DNA of 64,000 bases, from NCBI GenBank assembly GCA_038230375.1, contig JBBRNJ010000002.1, positions 170,016 through 234,015 of the forward strand. Reading direction: 5' to 3'. Positions within the stretch are counted from its first letter, which is position 1, and each line of letters starts with the position of its first letter. The DNA comes from Polyangiales bacterium. Lineage in GTDB: Bacteria; Myxococcota_A; Polyangia; Polyangiales; Polyangiaceae. A model generated the notes under the pieces. It worked only from the letters and a program-made list of their open reading frames with translations, had not been told where the DNA came from and did no database searches. The translations under genes were made by a program, and so were the position numbers. Shown one piece after another: positions 37,723-48,266 of the stretch.

Positions 37723-40700
37723 TCAGTGGCCTGCGGGTTTTTCTAGCAGGAGTGAGAGCTGGGCTCGGATGTCTCCGTCTGCTTTCTGTGCGCGCGCGCG
37801 GATGACGCGGAGGCCCTCGCCGCGATCGAGCACGAGTAGCGCTCGTGCCATCTCCATCAGCACCGCGGGTGCTTCGTCGGCTTGTTCGGCGCCGCGCAGC
37901 ATGGAGAGGAAGCCAGCCTTGCCCTCGAGCGCGCGTGACAGGATCTGAACGGCACGCGCACGCTGGGCGCCGATGCAGAATGACAGCGCGGTCGCGGCCG
38001 CCGCACGCAGCGCGTCCCCGGCGACACCACGGGCCATGAGGAGCTTCTCGATGTGGCCAAGCACGTTCTCGTCGATGAGGCGTGCCCTGCCCAGCTCCCC
38101 CAGCGCGGTCGCCCGTACGGCCTCATCGGGCTGATCGAGCGCCTCGACGAGAAGCCCTCGCGCGCGTTCGCCCGCGGTGTTGACGAGCGCCGTGAGCGCG
38201 GCGCCACGGAGCTTTGGCACCTTGAGGAACTTCGCGCACTGCTCCGCCAGCTTGGGGTCCCCGTGCTGCGGCATGGCGAGCAGCAGATCCTCGGCGAGGC
38301 CAGAGTCGAAGCCCTCGCGGTTCGGGTCGAGCTTGGCAAGCAGCTGCCCGAGCACCACTGCACCGTGCGAGCCGGTCTGCTTCATCGCGTGGACGAAGTA
38401 CTGGCGACCCGACGGCTCACGCAGCTGCTCGCGTGCAAGCAGCAACGCCTGCGCGCCCGCGTTACCAGCCAGGATGAGGAGCTGCCGCGCGGGTTCGCGA
38501 ACTTGCTGCTGACCGACGAGCATCACCTTTGCCGTGGGCAGCAGCCGGTCTTTGTCCACGACCGACGTCATGACCTTCAGCGCCATCTCCTCGCGGGGGC
38601 CAGGGCTCTTGCCCTTGGAGCGAGCGATGCGCGCCAGGGCGGTCACCGTTGCCAGGAGCGCGGGTGCCTCACCCCGCTTCGCGAGGAGCTTCATCGCGGC
38701 CTTGAAGATGGCCATCGAGTTCTGGAGAATCCGCATGTCGTGCAGATCTTCGAGCGCACGCAGGTGTGACGCAGGGTCGCGGGCCAGCGCGTCTGCCAGG
38801 CCTTCCGCGCGGATGGAGAGTGAAAGGTCGGGCGGGAGATCCTGCTCGCTCACCAGCTTGCGCTTTGCGAGCTCGCGCAGAGAATCGAAAGACTCCGGCG
38901 TGCGCTCATGCAGGAAGCGCGTGGAGAGCAGCGACAGGACGTGCTTCGTGCGTTCGCGCTCCGGACCACCCGGCGGGAGCTGCTCGTACTCTGCGATGAT
39001 CTGTGGTGTCACGTCGATGCAGCGCGTGAGCGGCAGCCGCTCCACGAGCACCTGCGCGGCGCTCTCGGTGCGGGCGCCTTGCGGTGACAGGATGTCCGAG
39101 TTGACCAGGAACTGACGCAATTCGTCGGGCTTCGCGAGCACGCGCGAGGCGCTGAGGAGCAGGTCCGAGCGCGTCTCCTTGATCTTGCGAGGCGACAGGC
39201 CTCGCGTCTGCGCGAGCGCGACGTCCTTCGCGAGGCGCGAGATGCAGAGACCGACCTTCCACGAGAGCTTCCGGTCGCGACCGATGACATCCGGCGCGAA
39301 GAGCGCAGAGATACTCTCGCGCGGCTGGTCGTTGAAGGTGCGCGCCGTCACCTCGGTGTGCGAACGCAGCGTCTGCACCAGGGCCGCCAGATCCGCGTCC
39401 ACGATGCTCTCGCGGATGGTCAACGCGGCCACACCCCGCCGCGCGAGCTCCGTGATGAACGGTTGTCCGTAGGTACTGTGGAGATCTCCGAGCAGCTTCT
39501 TGAGGTCCGCTGCGTCGCCGTCGCCCGAGAGCACGAAGAAGCCCATCGACTTCTGCGTGTCGCGCCGCGCGAAGGTGACCTCACCGCGCGAGTTCAGGAA
39601 CGCCGTGAGGCTGCGCTTCAGGTGCTTCAGGTTCTGCGCCTGCTGCTGCGCGTCGTCTGTCTGGAAGGGGCCAAGGCCGCAGATGGCGCTCGCGAACGCG
39701 ATGAAGAACGTCGCGAATCCGCCCTGAGGATCCGCGAGCGGCGCTGCGGCGACCTTCTGCGAACCGGAGATCTCTCCTGTCGCGTGCAAGGGCTTCTCGC
39801 CGTCGGCCAGGATCTCTTTCAGCTCGGTACGCATCGCGCGCGCCGACTGCTGCCGGTTCTTCGGATCCTTCGCGAGCGACTTGAGGATCACCTCCTCGAG
39901 CAGCGGGTCGATGTCCTTCCGGAACTGCGACGGCGGCGGAGGCGGGTCCTTCGCGTGGTGAACGATGGTCTCCAGCGGGTTCTCCGACACGAACGGAGTG
40001 CGGCCGGTGATGAGCTCGTAGATCGTGCAGCCGCACGCGTAGACGTCCGTGCGTGCATCGGCGGTCTCGCCGCGTGCCTGCTCCGGTGACATGTACTCCG
40101 GCGTGCCGCAGATGTATCCGGCGCCCACGCTGAGATCCAGGTCCTCCGAGCGCGTGTTCTGGAGCGCAGCGATTCCGAAGTCACACACCTTCACGAGCTC
40201 GATCGGGCGGTTCTCGTCGTCGCGGCTGTTGACGATCACGATGTTGTCCGGCTTCACGTCGCGGTGGACGATGCCTTGCTCGTGCGCGGCCGATAGCCCG
40301 GAGCACACCTGCATCATCACGCCGATCGCGCGCTCCTTCGTGAAGTTTCCGCCGCTCTCCTTCAGCACGTTCTGGAGGCTCGTTCCGGAGAGGAACTCCA
40401 TCACGATGTAGACCAGGCCGTCGGGCTCCTGTCCGAAGTCCATGACGCGCATGATGTTCGGGTGGTCGAGCTGGCTCGCTGCCAGGGCCTCGCCGTGGAA
40501 CCGCTTCATGAACTGCAGGTCGTTCTGGTAGTGCGGGTGCAAGACCTTGATCGCGACTACGCGGCGGAGGTCGCGGTGCTGTGCCTTGTACACGGCACCC
40601 GTCGCGCCGCTGCCGACAAGCGAATCGATCGTATATTTCCCGCCTGCGATCTGGCGGCCGAGCAGCGGATCGAGGGGCGGTGCCAGCCCGTCGGGCGCCT

Positions 40701-41859
40701 TCCTCGTGATGGTCGCCTCGTCGATGTCGATGTCGAGGTCCTCGAGAGAAGGCGAAGGCGCGTCCCAGTTGACGCCAAGGTCGACGGGTTCTTTGCCCTC
40801 GGCGACGGGCATACGAATGAGTGTCTGCGCGTCCTCGTCGTGCGAGAACTCGAAGTCGTCCAGGGGTATGTCGACAGGTAGCGCAGGCGGTGCGGGAAGT
40901 GCCTGGGGTGGCGCGGGTGCGGCCTGCGGAGGCGGGGGCTGTGGCTGCGACACCGCCGCGAATGGGGGTGGCGTCGCGGCGCGGGGGCTCTCGCGCTCTT
41001 CAACGGGTGCGGCCAGCGCATCGGTCGGGAGCTCCACCACCGCGTTGCCCGAGCCCGGCGGCGGGGGCGGCAAGGGAAATCCGAGCGCCGGCGTGAGCGT
41101 GAAATCCTCGCGGGTGTGGGTGACGTTGGGACCGCGTGCGTCTTGCGGCTCGGGCTCCGCCTCGGGCAGCGGAAGGTCGAAGAGATCGCCCTCGGGACCG
41201 AGCTCTATGGGCGGCAGGTCCGGGAAGTCCGGAATCGCGACGAGCGGATGCTGCTCACCGAGATCCGCCACCGGCGGTGGGTTCGCCGCGCTGCCGAGCG
41301 ACGCGAGCGCTGCCTCCAGGTCATCGAAGTCGTCGCCGAGTGTGAGGCTGATGGACGGATCCGCGGCGTGCGCGTCGCTCTCGTCCCACTCCTCCTCCTC
41401 TGCCTTGGCTGCGGCAGTCTTCGGCGCGGCTGCTGGCGCGGCGGACGGCGCCTTCCACATGGTATCGGCGTATGCATCGAAGCCGGAGTCGCTCGTGTCG
41501 GGCGGCGTGGTCACTGCGCCGGGGGGCGCGCCGGGCGGAGGGGACGAGTCGTGGTTCGGAGCGAGCGTCTCCAGCATGCCGAACAACTCGGCGGACTGGG
41601 CCCTTGTGAGTGGACGAAGGCGTAGTGGATACGTGCCGTTCTCTGGTGCCCCGGCTACCTCGGCGGAGACCCGGATCCGATCGTTCGTCCGATCGGGCCG
41701 GTCCGTGGTGCTGAGCTCCAGGGTGAAGCTTCCCCCGGGGGAAGGCACCTCGGACAACGGGAGTTTGACGACCTCTTGTCGCAAGGCGGCTCGGACCGCG
41801 CGAGCAAGCTGCGCGCGGTCTGGCACACGCGAGACGATGGTTCTAGACCCTTCGGCCAC
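37723..41859 (-). CDS. Large Ser/Thr protein kinase with acidic/Pro linker and C-terminal HEAT-like repeats
   Basis: GSGATGAVY, VAIK, HRDVKPDN, DFG and GTPEYMSPE motifs; helical repeats such as VRATALGELG. Confidence 0.9.
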   Translation of the reverse strand: MAEGSRTIVSRVPDRAQLARAVRAALRQEVVKLPLSEVPSPGGSFTLELSTTDRPDRTNDRIRVSAEVAGAPENGTYPLRLRPLTRAQSAELFGMLETLAPNHDSSPPPGAPPGAVTTPPDTSDSGFDAYADTMWKAPSAAPAAAPKTAAAKAEEEEWDESDAHAADPSISLTLGDDFDDLEAALASLGSAANPPPVADLGEQHPLVAIPDFPDLPPIELGPEGDLFDLPLPEAEPEPQDARGPNVTHTREDFTLTPALGFPLPPPPPGSGNAVVELPTDALAAPVEERESPRAATPPPFAAVSQPQPPPPQAAPAPPQALPAPPALPVDIPLDDFEFSHDEDAQTLIRMPVAEGKEPVDLGVNWDAPSPSLEDLDIDIDEATITRKAPDGLAPPLDPLLGRQIAGGKYTIDSLVGSGATGAVYKAQHRDLRRVVAIKVLHPHYQNDLQFMKRFHGEALAASQLDHPNIMRVMDFGQEPDGLVYIVMEFLSGTSLQNVLKESGGNFTKERAIGVMMQVCSGLSAAHEQGIVHRDVKPDNIVIVNSRDDENRPIELVKVCDFGIAALQNTRSEDLDLSVGAGYICGTPEYMSPEQARGETADARTDVYACGCTIYELITGRTPFVSENPLETIVHHAKDPPPPPSQFRKDIDPLLEEVILKSLAKDPKNRQQSARAMRTELKEILADGEKPLHATGEISGSQKVAAAPLADPQGGFATFFIAFASAICGLGPFQTDDAQQQAQNLKHLKRSLTAFLNSRGEVTFARRDTQKSMGFFVLSGDGDAADLKKLLGDLHSTYGQPFITELARRGVAALTIRESIVDADLAALVQTLRSHTEVTARTFNDQPRESISALFAPDVIGRDRKLSWKVGLCISRLAKDVALAQTRGLSPRKIKETRSDLLLSASRVLAKPDELRQFLVNSDILSPQGARTESAAQVLVERLPLTRCIDVTPQIIAEYEQLPPGGPERERTKHVLSLLSTRFLHERTPESFDSLRELAKRKLVSEQDLPPDLSLSIRAEGLADALARDPASHLRALEDLHDMRILQNSMAIFKAAMKLLAKRGEAPALLATVTALARIARSKGKSPGPREEMALKVMTSVVDKDRLLPTAKVMLVGQQQVREPARQLLILAGNAGAQALLLAREQLREPSGRQYFVHAMKQTGSHGAVVLGQLLAKLDPNREGFDSGLAEDLLLAMPQHGDPKLAEQCAKFLKVPKLRGAALTALVNTAGERARGLLVEALDQPDEAVRATALGELGRARLIDENVLGHIEKLLMARGVAGDALRAAAATALSFCIGAQRARAVQILSRALEGKAGFLSMLRGAEQADEAPAVLMEMARALLVLDRGEGLRVIRARAQKADGDIRAQLSLLLEKPAGH

Positions 41860-41943
41860 GTAGGTCTGAGTGTACGCTGGGATGGCGAGAAACGGCCAGG
41901 AAAGAGGAACTACATTGGCTCCACTCCCGACGCGCTTCTCCTC

Positions 41944-42573
41944 TCAGCCTGTCACCGCCGCCCGCCGGCGCCGGTATACCGGGTAGGTGTCGGTGCTCGC
42001 CGCGAACGGCCCGCCAGGGAAGGATCTGGGCGCGAGAGGCTCAAAGCCGTGGGCGGCGAAGAGGCCAAGCGGCCCAAGCCACGCTTCCTCGTCGGAGAGG
42101 CGCTGGGCCTCCATCGCGCGGCGCGGGTAGGCCTCGAGATCGTAGGTCCCGCCGAGCAGCTCCGTGGCCGCAAGAAGCAGCGCGCGCGCCACCCCCTGGC
42201 CCCGGTGTGCGGGGTGGACCAGGAAACACGAGATGCTCGCGACCGACGCGTCGTCCCCCAGGTCCAGCATCCGATAGACGGGGAGGTTGCGCAATCGGGG
42301 GACTCGCGCCCGCGCGGTCACCCGCATCCAGCCAACGATGGCCGGCGCGGGACCTTCGGCCTCCGCGACGAGGCCCACGAGCTCGCCCGTCTCGAGCTCC
42401 CCTGCGAGCTCGTCCTTGTTCTTCTCCGGCTCGAATGCGGCGCGCGCCAGCCAGTCGTTCTTGGTTCCCTCGAAGAACCAGTAGCGGCAGTGGCATCCGC
42501 ACGCGGCGGCATCGAAGAGGGCGCCAAGGCCGACGATGTCTGCAGGCGCGGCCTTGCGTGCGCGGACGTTCAC
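41944..42573 (-). CDS. GNAT family N-acetyltransferase
   Basis: CxC.YW, ISCFLVHPAHRGQGVARALL and LEAYP motifs; GTGA overlap with gatA. Confidence 0.88.
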   Translation of the reverse strand: MNVRARKAAPADIVGLGALFDAAACGCHCRYWFFEGTKNDWLARAAFEPEKNKDELAGELETGELVGLVAEAEGPAPAIVGWMRVTARARVPRLRNLPVYRMLDLGDDASVASISCFLVHPAHRGQGVARALLLAATELLGGTYDLEAYPRRAMEAQRLSDEEAWLGPLGLFAAHGFEPLAPRSFPGGPFAASTDTYPVYRRRRAAVTG

Positions 42574-44015
42574 GCGCCTTCCGCGAGCCGCGGTGGATAT
42601 CGCGTCTCGACGGCGGCCGCGATCGACAACAGCGCACCTTCGTCACCGGCGCGGCAGACGATATGCAGGCCCACCGGAAGCCCGCTTGGCGTGGGCGCGA
42701 CCGGAACACTCAACGCAGGCAGCCCCGCCAGGCTCGCGGGAATGGTGTACGCGTCGGAGAGGTACATCGCGAGCGGATCGTCAGCGAGCTCGCCCAGCTT
42801 CCAGGCGGCAGTCGGCGCGACGGGAGACACGATCGCGTCGATGCTGGTGAAGGCGTCCTCGAAGTCCTTCGCGATCAGGCGGCGAGCCGCGAGCGCGCGA
42901 CCGTAGTACGCGTCGTAGTAGCCCGACGACAGCACGAACGTGCCGAGCAGGATGCGTCGCTTCACTTCGGCGCCGAAGCCAAGCGCGCGCGTGGCCGAGA
43001 TGAGCTCGCCCAGTGATGAACGCCCCTTGGCCCGCACACCAAAGCGAACGCCGTCGAACCGGGAGAGGTTACTGGACGCCTCCGCCGGTGCGATCACGTA
43101 GTAGGTCGCCACGGCGAGCGCCGTGTGCGGCATGGCGATCGGTACGAGCGCCGCGCCCATCTCGGTGAGCGCGGCGAGCGCCTGATCGATGCTCGTGCGC
43201 ACCTCCGCGGAGAGGCCGTCCGCGAAGTACTCCGCAGGCACGCCAAGGCGGAGCCCGTTGACCTTGCCATGGGCGAGCGCTTCGGTTGCGGTGGGTGGCT
43301 CGCGCAGGGACGTCATGTCGTGCGCGCACGCGCCGCTGATCACGTCGAGCAGGCGCGCGGCACCGCGAACGTCGTTCGCAATGGGCCCGACCTGATCGAG
43401 GCTCGAGGCAAACGCGACCAGCCCGTAGCGCGACACGCGCCCATAGGTTGGCTTCACGCCCACGGTTCCGGTGAACGACGCGGGCTGGCGCACGGAGCCG
43501 CCGGTGTCGCTGCCGATCGCCGCGGGCACCATGCCGGAGGCCACGGCGGCCGCGCTTCCACCGGAGGAGCCGCCTGGCGTGCGTGCGCGGTCCCATGGGT
43601 TTTTCGTGGGGAAGAACGCGCTGTGCTCGGTGGACGAGCCCATCGCGAACTCGTCCATGTTGGCCTTGCCCACGATCACTGCGTCTTCCGCGAGCAGTCG
43701 CTGCACCACGGTCGCGTCGTATGGCGGCACGTAGCCAGCGAGGAGCTTCGAGCCGCACGTGGTCACGACGCCGCGCGTGACAAGGGCGTCCTTCACGGCC
43801 ACGGGCACACCGGCAAGGCGTCCGAGAGCCTCGCCACGCGCGCGCTTCTTGTCGACAGCGCGGGCCTGCTCGCGTGCATACTCCCCGCTCACTGTGATGA
43901 AAGCGGACACCTCGGGATCGCGCGCGGCGATCGCGCGCAGGGATGCCTCGCATGCCGCCTCCGCCGTGAGCTCACCGTGCGTGACGGCGTCCGCGATCTG
44001 CCACACATGCTGCAT
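42570..44015 (-). CDS. gatA: Glu/Asp-tRNA amidotransferase subunit A
   Basis: GKANMDEFAMGSS, PGGSSGGS, GSDTGGSVRQPA and EVKRRILLGTFVLSSGYYDAYY motifs. Confidence 0.97.
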   Translation of the reverse strand: MQHVWQIADAVTHGELTAEAACEASLRAIAARDPEVSAFITVSGEYAREQARAVDKKRARGEALGRLAGVPVAVKDALVTRGVVTTCGSKLLAGYVPPYDATVVQRLLAEDAVIVGKANMDEFAMGSSTEHSAFFPTKNPWDRARTPGGSSGGSAAAVASGMVPAAIGSDTGGSVRQPASFTGTVGVKPTYGRVSRYGLVAFASSLDQVGPIANDVRGAARLLDVISGACAHDMTSLREPPTATEALAHGKVNGLRLGVPAEYFADGLSAEVRTSIDQALAALTEMGAALVPIAMPHTALAVATYYVIAPAEASSNLSRFDGVRFGVRAKGRSSLGELISATRALGFGAEVKRRILLGTFVLSSGYYDAYYGRALAARRLIAKDFEDAFTSIDAIVSPVAPTAAWKLGELADDPLAMYLSDAYTIPASLAGLPALSVPVAPTPSGLPVGLHIVCRAGDEGALLSIAAAVETRYPPRLAEGA

Positions 44016-44018
44016 GCT

Positions 44019-44309
44019 CTATCCCGATACGAAGGTGGGAACCGAGAAGCCGCCGTCAGCCGTCTCCGGAGCGGCTGCGAGCGCGTCTTCGTGACTCAGC
44101 CCCGGCGTGACGGTGTCCGCACGCAGCGCATCGAGCGAGCCGGCACCATGCGCGGCTCCGGGCGCACTCGCCGCGGCGCTGACGGTGAGCACATGCTCCA
44201 CGTGGCCAAGGATGATGCCGAGGTCCTTCGAGAGCGCGGCGATCTCCGGCTCCGCGAGCGGCAGAGAAGCGAGCTTGCCAAGATGCAGGATCTCGTCACG
44301 CGTGATCAC
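44019..44309 (-). CDS. gatC: Glu/Asp-tRNA amidotransferase subunit C
   Basis: ITRDEILHLGKLASL...LRAD...ALAAAPE...FSVP; 96 aa directly upstream of gatA. Confidence 0.88.
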   Translation of the reverse strand: MITRDEILHLGKLASLPLAEPEIAALSKDLGIILGHVEHVLTVSAAASAPGAAHGAGSLDALRADTVTPGLSHEDALAAAPETADGGFSVPTFVSG

Positions 44310-45364
44310 GTGAGCACCGCGCGGAGCGCCAGCATCACCAGGTACGCCATCAAGCCAGAGAGCGGAAGCGTCACCACCCACGCGATGAGGATGTTCGTCG
44401 CCACGCCCCAGCGCACCGCGGAGACGCGCTTGCTCGCGCCCACGCCCATGATGCAGGCGTTGATGCAGTGGGTCGTGGACACGGGGATACCAAGGCGGCT
44501 CGCGCCGAGGATCACGAGCGTGCCCGCCGTTTCCGCCGCAAAACCTTGCAGCGGAGTGATGCGGATGATCTTGGAGCCCATCGTCTTGATGATGCGCTTG
44601 CCGCCGCCCATCGTGCCCATGGCGATCGCCGCAGCGCACACGATGATGACCCAGGTGGGGACGCTTCCGGGCGCGAGCTTCGTGACGTGCCCGGTGAAGA
44701 TCGAGGTCTGGGTCGTGGGCAGGACCCACTCTGGAAGGACGCCCTTGGCCGCGTACGCAGTGAGCGCCAGCGTGATGATGCCCATCGATTTTTGGGCGTC
44801 GTTCGAGCCGTGCGAGAAGGCCATCATGCAGGCGCTGAGGAGCTGGAATCTCCGCGCGCCCTTGTTCACCATCTCTGGCTTCATCGATCGCACGATCCAG
44901 GTGATGCCGACCATGAGGAAGAACGCAGCGACGAAGCCAATGGCGGGGGATGCAACGAGGGGGATGAGGACCTTGTCCTTCAGCGTGACCCACTTGAACG
45001 CCGACACACCCGCGTGCGCAACGACGGCGCCCGCGAGGCCGCCAATGAGCGCGTGAGACGAGGAGGACGGGATGCCCCACCACCAGGTGAGGAGGTTCCA
45101 GATGCAAGCGCCAATGAGCGCCGCGAGCACGACCGACTGCGTGACGATGGCTGGGTCCGCAAAGCCGGACGCGATGGTCTTCGCGACGGCGGTGCCGGTC
45201 ATGGCGCCCACGAAGTTGAAGATGCCCGCGATGATCACCGCCGTGCGGACGTGGAGCACGCCCGTGGACACGACCGTGGCGATCGCATTGGCTGCATCGT
45301 GGAAGCCATTGATGTAGTCGAACACCACGGCAACGATGATGACTGCGATGAGCAGACTAAGCAT
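44306..45364 (-). CDS. Inorganic phosphate transporter (PiT family)
   Basis: NGFHDAANAIAT, PSSSSHA, HGSNDAQK and PVSTTH motifs. Confidence 0.95.
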   Translation of the reverse strand: MLSLLIAVIIVAVVFDYINGFHDAANAIATVVSTGVLHVRTAVIIAGIFNFVGAMTGTAVAKTIASGFADPAIVTQSVVLAALIGACIWNLLTWWWGIPSSSSHALIGGLAGAVVAHAGVSAFKWVTLKDKVLIPLVASPAIGFVAAFFLMVGITWIVRSMKPEMVNKGARRFQLLSACMMAFSHGSNDAQKSMGIITLALTAYAAKGVLPEWVLPTTQTSIFTGHVTKLAPGSVPTWVIIVCAAAIAMGTMGGGKRIIKTMGSKIIRITPLQGFAAETAGTLVILGASRLGIPVSTTHCINACIMGVGASKRVSAVRWGVATNILIAWVVTLPLSGLMAYLVMLALRAVLT

Positions 45365-45366
45365 GT

Positions 45367-46008
45367 TCAGCCATGCTTTACGGCAAGGTTGGCGAGCGTC
45401 GCTGCCACGTGCTCGCAGTGGTCGATCGCGTTCTCGAGATCGTCGAGGACCTCGCGCTCGCGCATCAGCTTCTTTGCATCCACGGCGTCATCACGAAAGA
45501 GCTGGGACACGGCATCGCGGTAGACGATATCGGCATCCTTCTCGAGCTTGCGTACGGTGTGACTGCACTCGATGAGCTCGGCGTACTTGTGCGCGCGTAG
45601 CTTCGGAACGGCGTCCTTCAGCGTCTCGGTACACTCCGCGAGCTTGTCGATCAGCTTCTTCATCGGGTCGGTCGGCTGCGACACGCCGAAGAGCACGGAG
45701 GCACGGACGGCGCCATTCATGAGGTCGAGGATGTCGTCGAGCTCCTTCGAGAGCTTCTGGAGATCCTCGCGGTCGATCGGCGTCACGAAGGTGCGCGCGA
45801 GGGCCTCTTCCAGCTCGAAGACGATCGCGTCACCCTTGTGCTCCAGCGCTTGCACGCGCTCGCGGACCGAGGCTGCGGTCGTGCCCTCGATCTTGAACTC
45901 GCACAGGGCGAGGGATGCCTCGTGCGCGACCGCGGCCTGCCTCTCCACGAAGTCGTAGAAGTGATCTTCTTTCGGGAGAAACCAGCGAACGACGTCTTGA
46001 AGCCCCAT
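45367..46008 (-). CDS. DUF47 phosphate transport regulator
   Basis: LEHKGD, TFVTPIDRED and LENAIDHCE motifs; adjacent to PiT. Confidence 0.92.
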   Translation of the reverse strand: MGLQDVVRWFLPKEDHFYDFVERQAAVAHEASLALCEFKIEGTTAASVRERVQALEHKGDAIVFELEEALARTFVTPIDREDLQKLSKELDDILDLMNGAVRASVLFGVSQPTDPMKKLIDKLAECTETLKDAVPKLRAHKYAELIECSHTVRKLEKDADIVYRDAVSQLFRDDAVDAKKLMREREVLDDLENAIDHCEHVAATLANLAVKHG

Positions 46009-46078
46009 GACAGTTGTGCGCGACACTAGTCGGCCGATTCGAACGACGGCTAGAAAAAAATCCCGCGCAAACCCTGCG

Positions 46079-46333
<255 letters not shown>

Positions 46334-46347
46334 GCAGGTATTCTCCT

Positions 46348-47103
46348 TCAGAACACCGGCACGGTCCACGTCAGACCTGCGCGCGCCTCGAACACCGTCT
46401 CGTCGTCGACGAAGCCCCCACGGAGCGCTGCGTCGATCGCGATGCCATCGTTCACCTCCCAGATTGCGCCCCCGAGCGCGGAATAGCGCGTCTCCGCGGC
46501 GAAATTGCGCTCCCAGAACAGCTCCATCACAGGGCGAATGCGCCAGTCAATCGGGCCCTCCACGATGGCGCTCGTGAAGAGATCGCGATCGTGCTTGTCG
46601 CGCGTGAGCTGGAACACGCCGTTGAGATGCAGCGAGCCGTACTCGTTGCGGAACGACACGATGGTGCCCGCGGACGTGCCCACGCCGGGCTCACGACCTA
46701 CGGTGGGCATGAGTGCGCCCGCCTCGAGCGCGACGCTCGGCCCTGGTCTGCCCTGGAGCACGCCGCGCCGCAGGATGTTCTTCACGAAGAACTCTCCTTC
46801 GTCGTGCGCGTAGCGCGAGACACCATCGGGCGTGCGGTGGTCGAACGACAGTACGCCGCGGCCGCCGAGGACCAGCTCGGTGTCCGCTGCGACGCCGTAG
46901 TTCAGGATGTAGCGAGGCGCGATGAGGACGTGCTCGTGGTCCTCCTTCCGGTAGCCAGCGGGGCCGAACTCCAGCTCGAACTCATGCAGATCGGCGACGT
47001 CTGCGTCCGTCCCGTCGAACGGCCGATACGCCCACGCCTCGCCGCCCATGCCGAGCACGAGGGTAAACGCCAACACCCGGACGACGTGCAGCCCAAACCG
47101 CAT
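46348..47103 (-). CDS. Exported protein, probable outer-membrane beta-barrel
   Basis: Signal peptide ending [12 protein letters not shown], alternating beta-strand pattern and C-terminal Phe. Confidence 0.65.
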   Translation of the reverse strand: MRFGLHVVRVLAFTLVLGMGGEAWAYRPFDGTDADVADLHEFELEFGPAGYRKEDHEHVLIAPRYILNYGVAADTELVLGGRGVLSFDHRTPDGVSRYAHDEGEFFVKNILRRGVLQGRPGPSVALEAGALMPTVGREPGVGTSAGTIVSFRNEYGSLHLNGVFQLTRDKHDRDLFTSAIVEGPIDWRIRPVMELFWERNFAAETRYSALGGAIWEVNDGIAIDAALRGGFVDDETVFEARAGLTWTVPVF

Positions 47104-47136
47104 GGGTGCGGGACTTTACCCGAGGCCCGGCATGAC

Positions 47137-47164
47137 TTGACAGGGAAACGGAGCCGCCTAATGT
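47137..47164 (+). promoter_or_regulatory. Sigma70-type promoter of rpsB-tsf
   Basis: TTGACA-N16-TAATGT, about 180 nt upstream of the rpsB ATG. Confidence 0.65.
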
Positions 47165-47346
47165 GCGCCTCCCGCTCTCGCCCCTCCGTGGACGAGCGCA
47201 GGCGGCCCCAGGGACTTCCGAAGGCCGAAATTCCCCACGTTTCCTCGCGCAAACGTCGTGTCCGGTGCGAGCCCAACCCCAGCTATGTGGTTCGGCTCGT
47301 CGGCCCGATGAGGAAACGGAGGCTCAACCGAAAAGGAACCGCGCGC

Positions 47347-48228
47347 ATGTCCAACACTGAATCCGTCGTGACGAATGCCCAGGGCGTTCGTGACATCTCC
47401 GGGGGTTTCCCCCTTCCGCTCAAGTCCCTCCTCGATGCGGGCGTCCACTTCGGTCACCAGACCAAGCGCTGGAACCCGAAGATGCGCAGCTACATCTACG
47501 GCGCGCGCAACGGCGTCCACATCATCGACCTGGACCAGACGGCCCGCCTCTTCGCGCGTGCGTTCCACTTCGTGCAGGAGACCGTCTCTCGCGGCGGCCA
47601 CCTCCTGATGGTGGGTACCAAGCGTCAGGCACAGGAGATCGTCGTCGAGGAGGCCTCGCGTTCTGGCTCTTCCTACGTCGTGAACCGCTGGCTCGGTGGC
47701 ACGCTCACGAACTTCCGCACCATCAAGGGCGGCCTCGAGCGCATGCGCACCCTCGAGCGCATGAAGGAAGACGGCACGTACCTGCAGCTCCCGAAGAAGG
47801 AAGTCTCGCGCCTCGAGAAAGAGCGCGAGCGCCTCGAGAAGTATCTCGGCGGCCTCAAGGGCCTGTCGGGCCTTCCGTCGGCCGTCTTCATCATCGACCC
47901 CGCGATGGAGACCATCGCCGTCGAAGAGGCGAAGAAGCTCAAGATCCCGATCATCGCGATCACGGACACGAACTGCGATCCGGACGTCATCGACTACGTC
48001 ATCCCCGGCAACGACGACGCGATCCGCTCCATCAAGCTGATCACGAACCGCCTCGGCGACGCCGCTCTCGAAGGCGCGCAGCGCCGCAAGGAGACCCAGG
48101 GGCGTGACGGCGGTGGTGGTGGTGGCGGTGGTCGCGACGAAGGTCGCGGCGGCGCACCCCAGGCCGATGTGTACCAGCGCGGTCGTCCGCGTAACGACGC
48201 GCCGCCCCCCGAAGGCGCCCCCAACTGA
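47347..48228 (+). CDS. rpsB: 30S ribosomal protein S2
   Basis: [29 protein letters not shown] and DTNCDPD...[10 protein letters not shown] motifs. Confidence 0.98.
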   Translation: MSNTESVVTNAQGVRDISGGFPLPLKSLLDAGVHFGHQTKRWNPKMRSYIYGARNGVHIIDLDQTARLFARAFHFVQETVSRGGHLLMVGTKRQAQEIVVEEASRSGSSYVVNRWLGGTLTNFRTIKGGLERMRTLERMKEDGTYLQLPKKEVSRLEKERERLEKYLGGLKGLSGLPSAVFIIDPAMETIAVEEAKKLKIPIIAITDTNCDPDVIDYVIPGNDDAIRSIKLITNRLGDAALEGAQRRKETQGRDGGGGGGGGRDEGRGGAPQADVYQRGRPRNDAPPPEGAPN

Positions 48229-48266
48229 GCTCCCGGACGCTCTGAGAACGAAAAGGCAGGAATCAT

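Noticed and set aside
44310..45107. Apparent 362-aa GatC fusion
   Set aside because: Upstream part is an alternate frame of the PiT gene; GatC starts at GTG 44309.
46591..47346. Apparent long N-terminal extension of RpsB
   Set aside because: Overlaps an opposite-strand gene and the promoter; S2 similarity begins only after ATG 47347.
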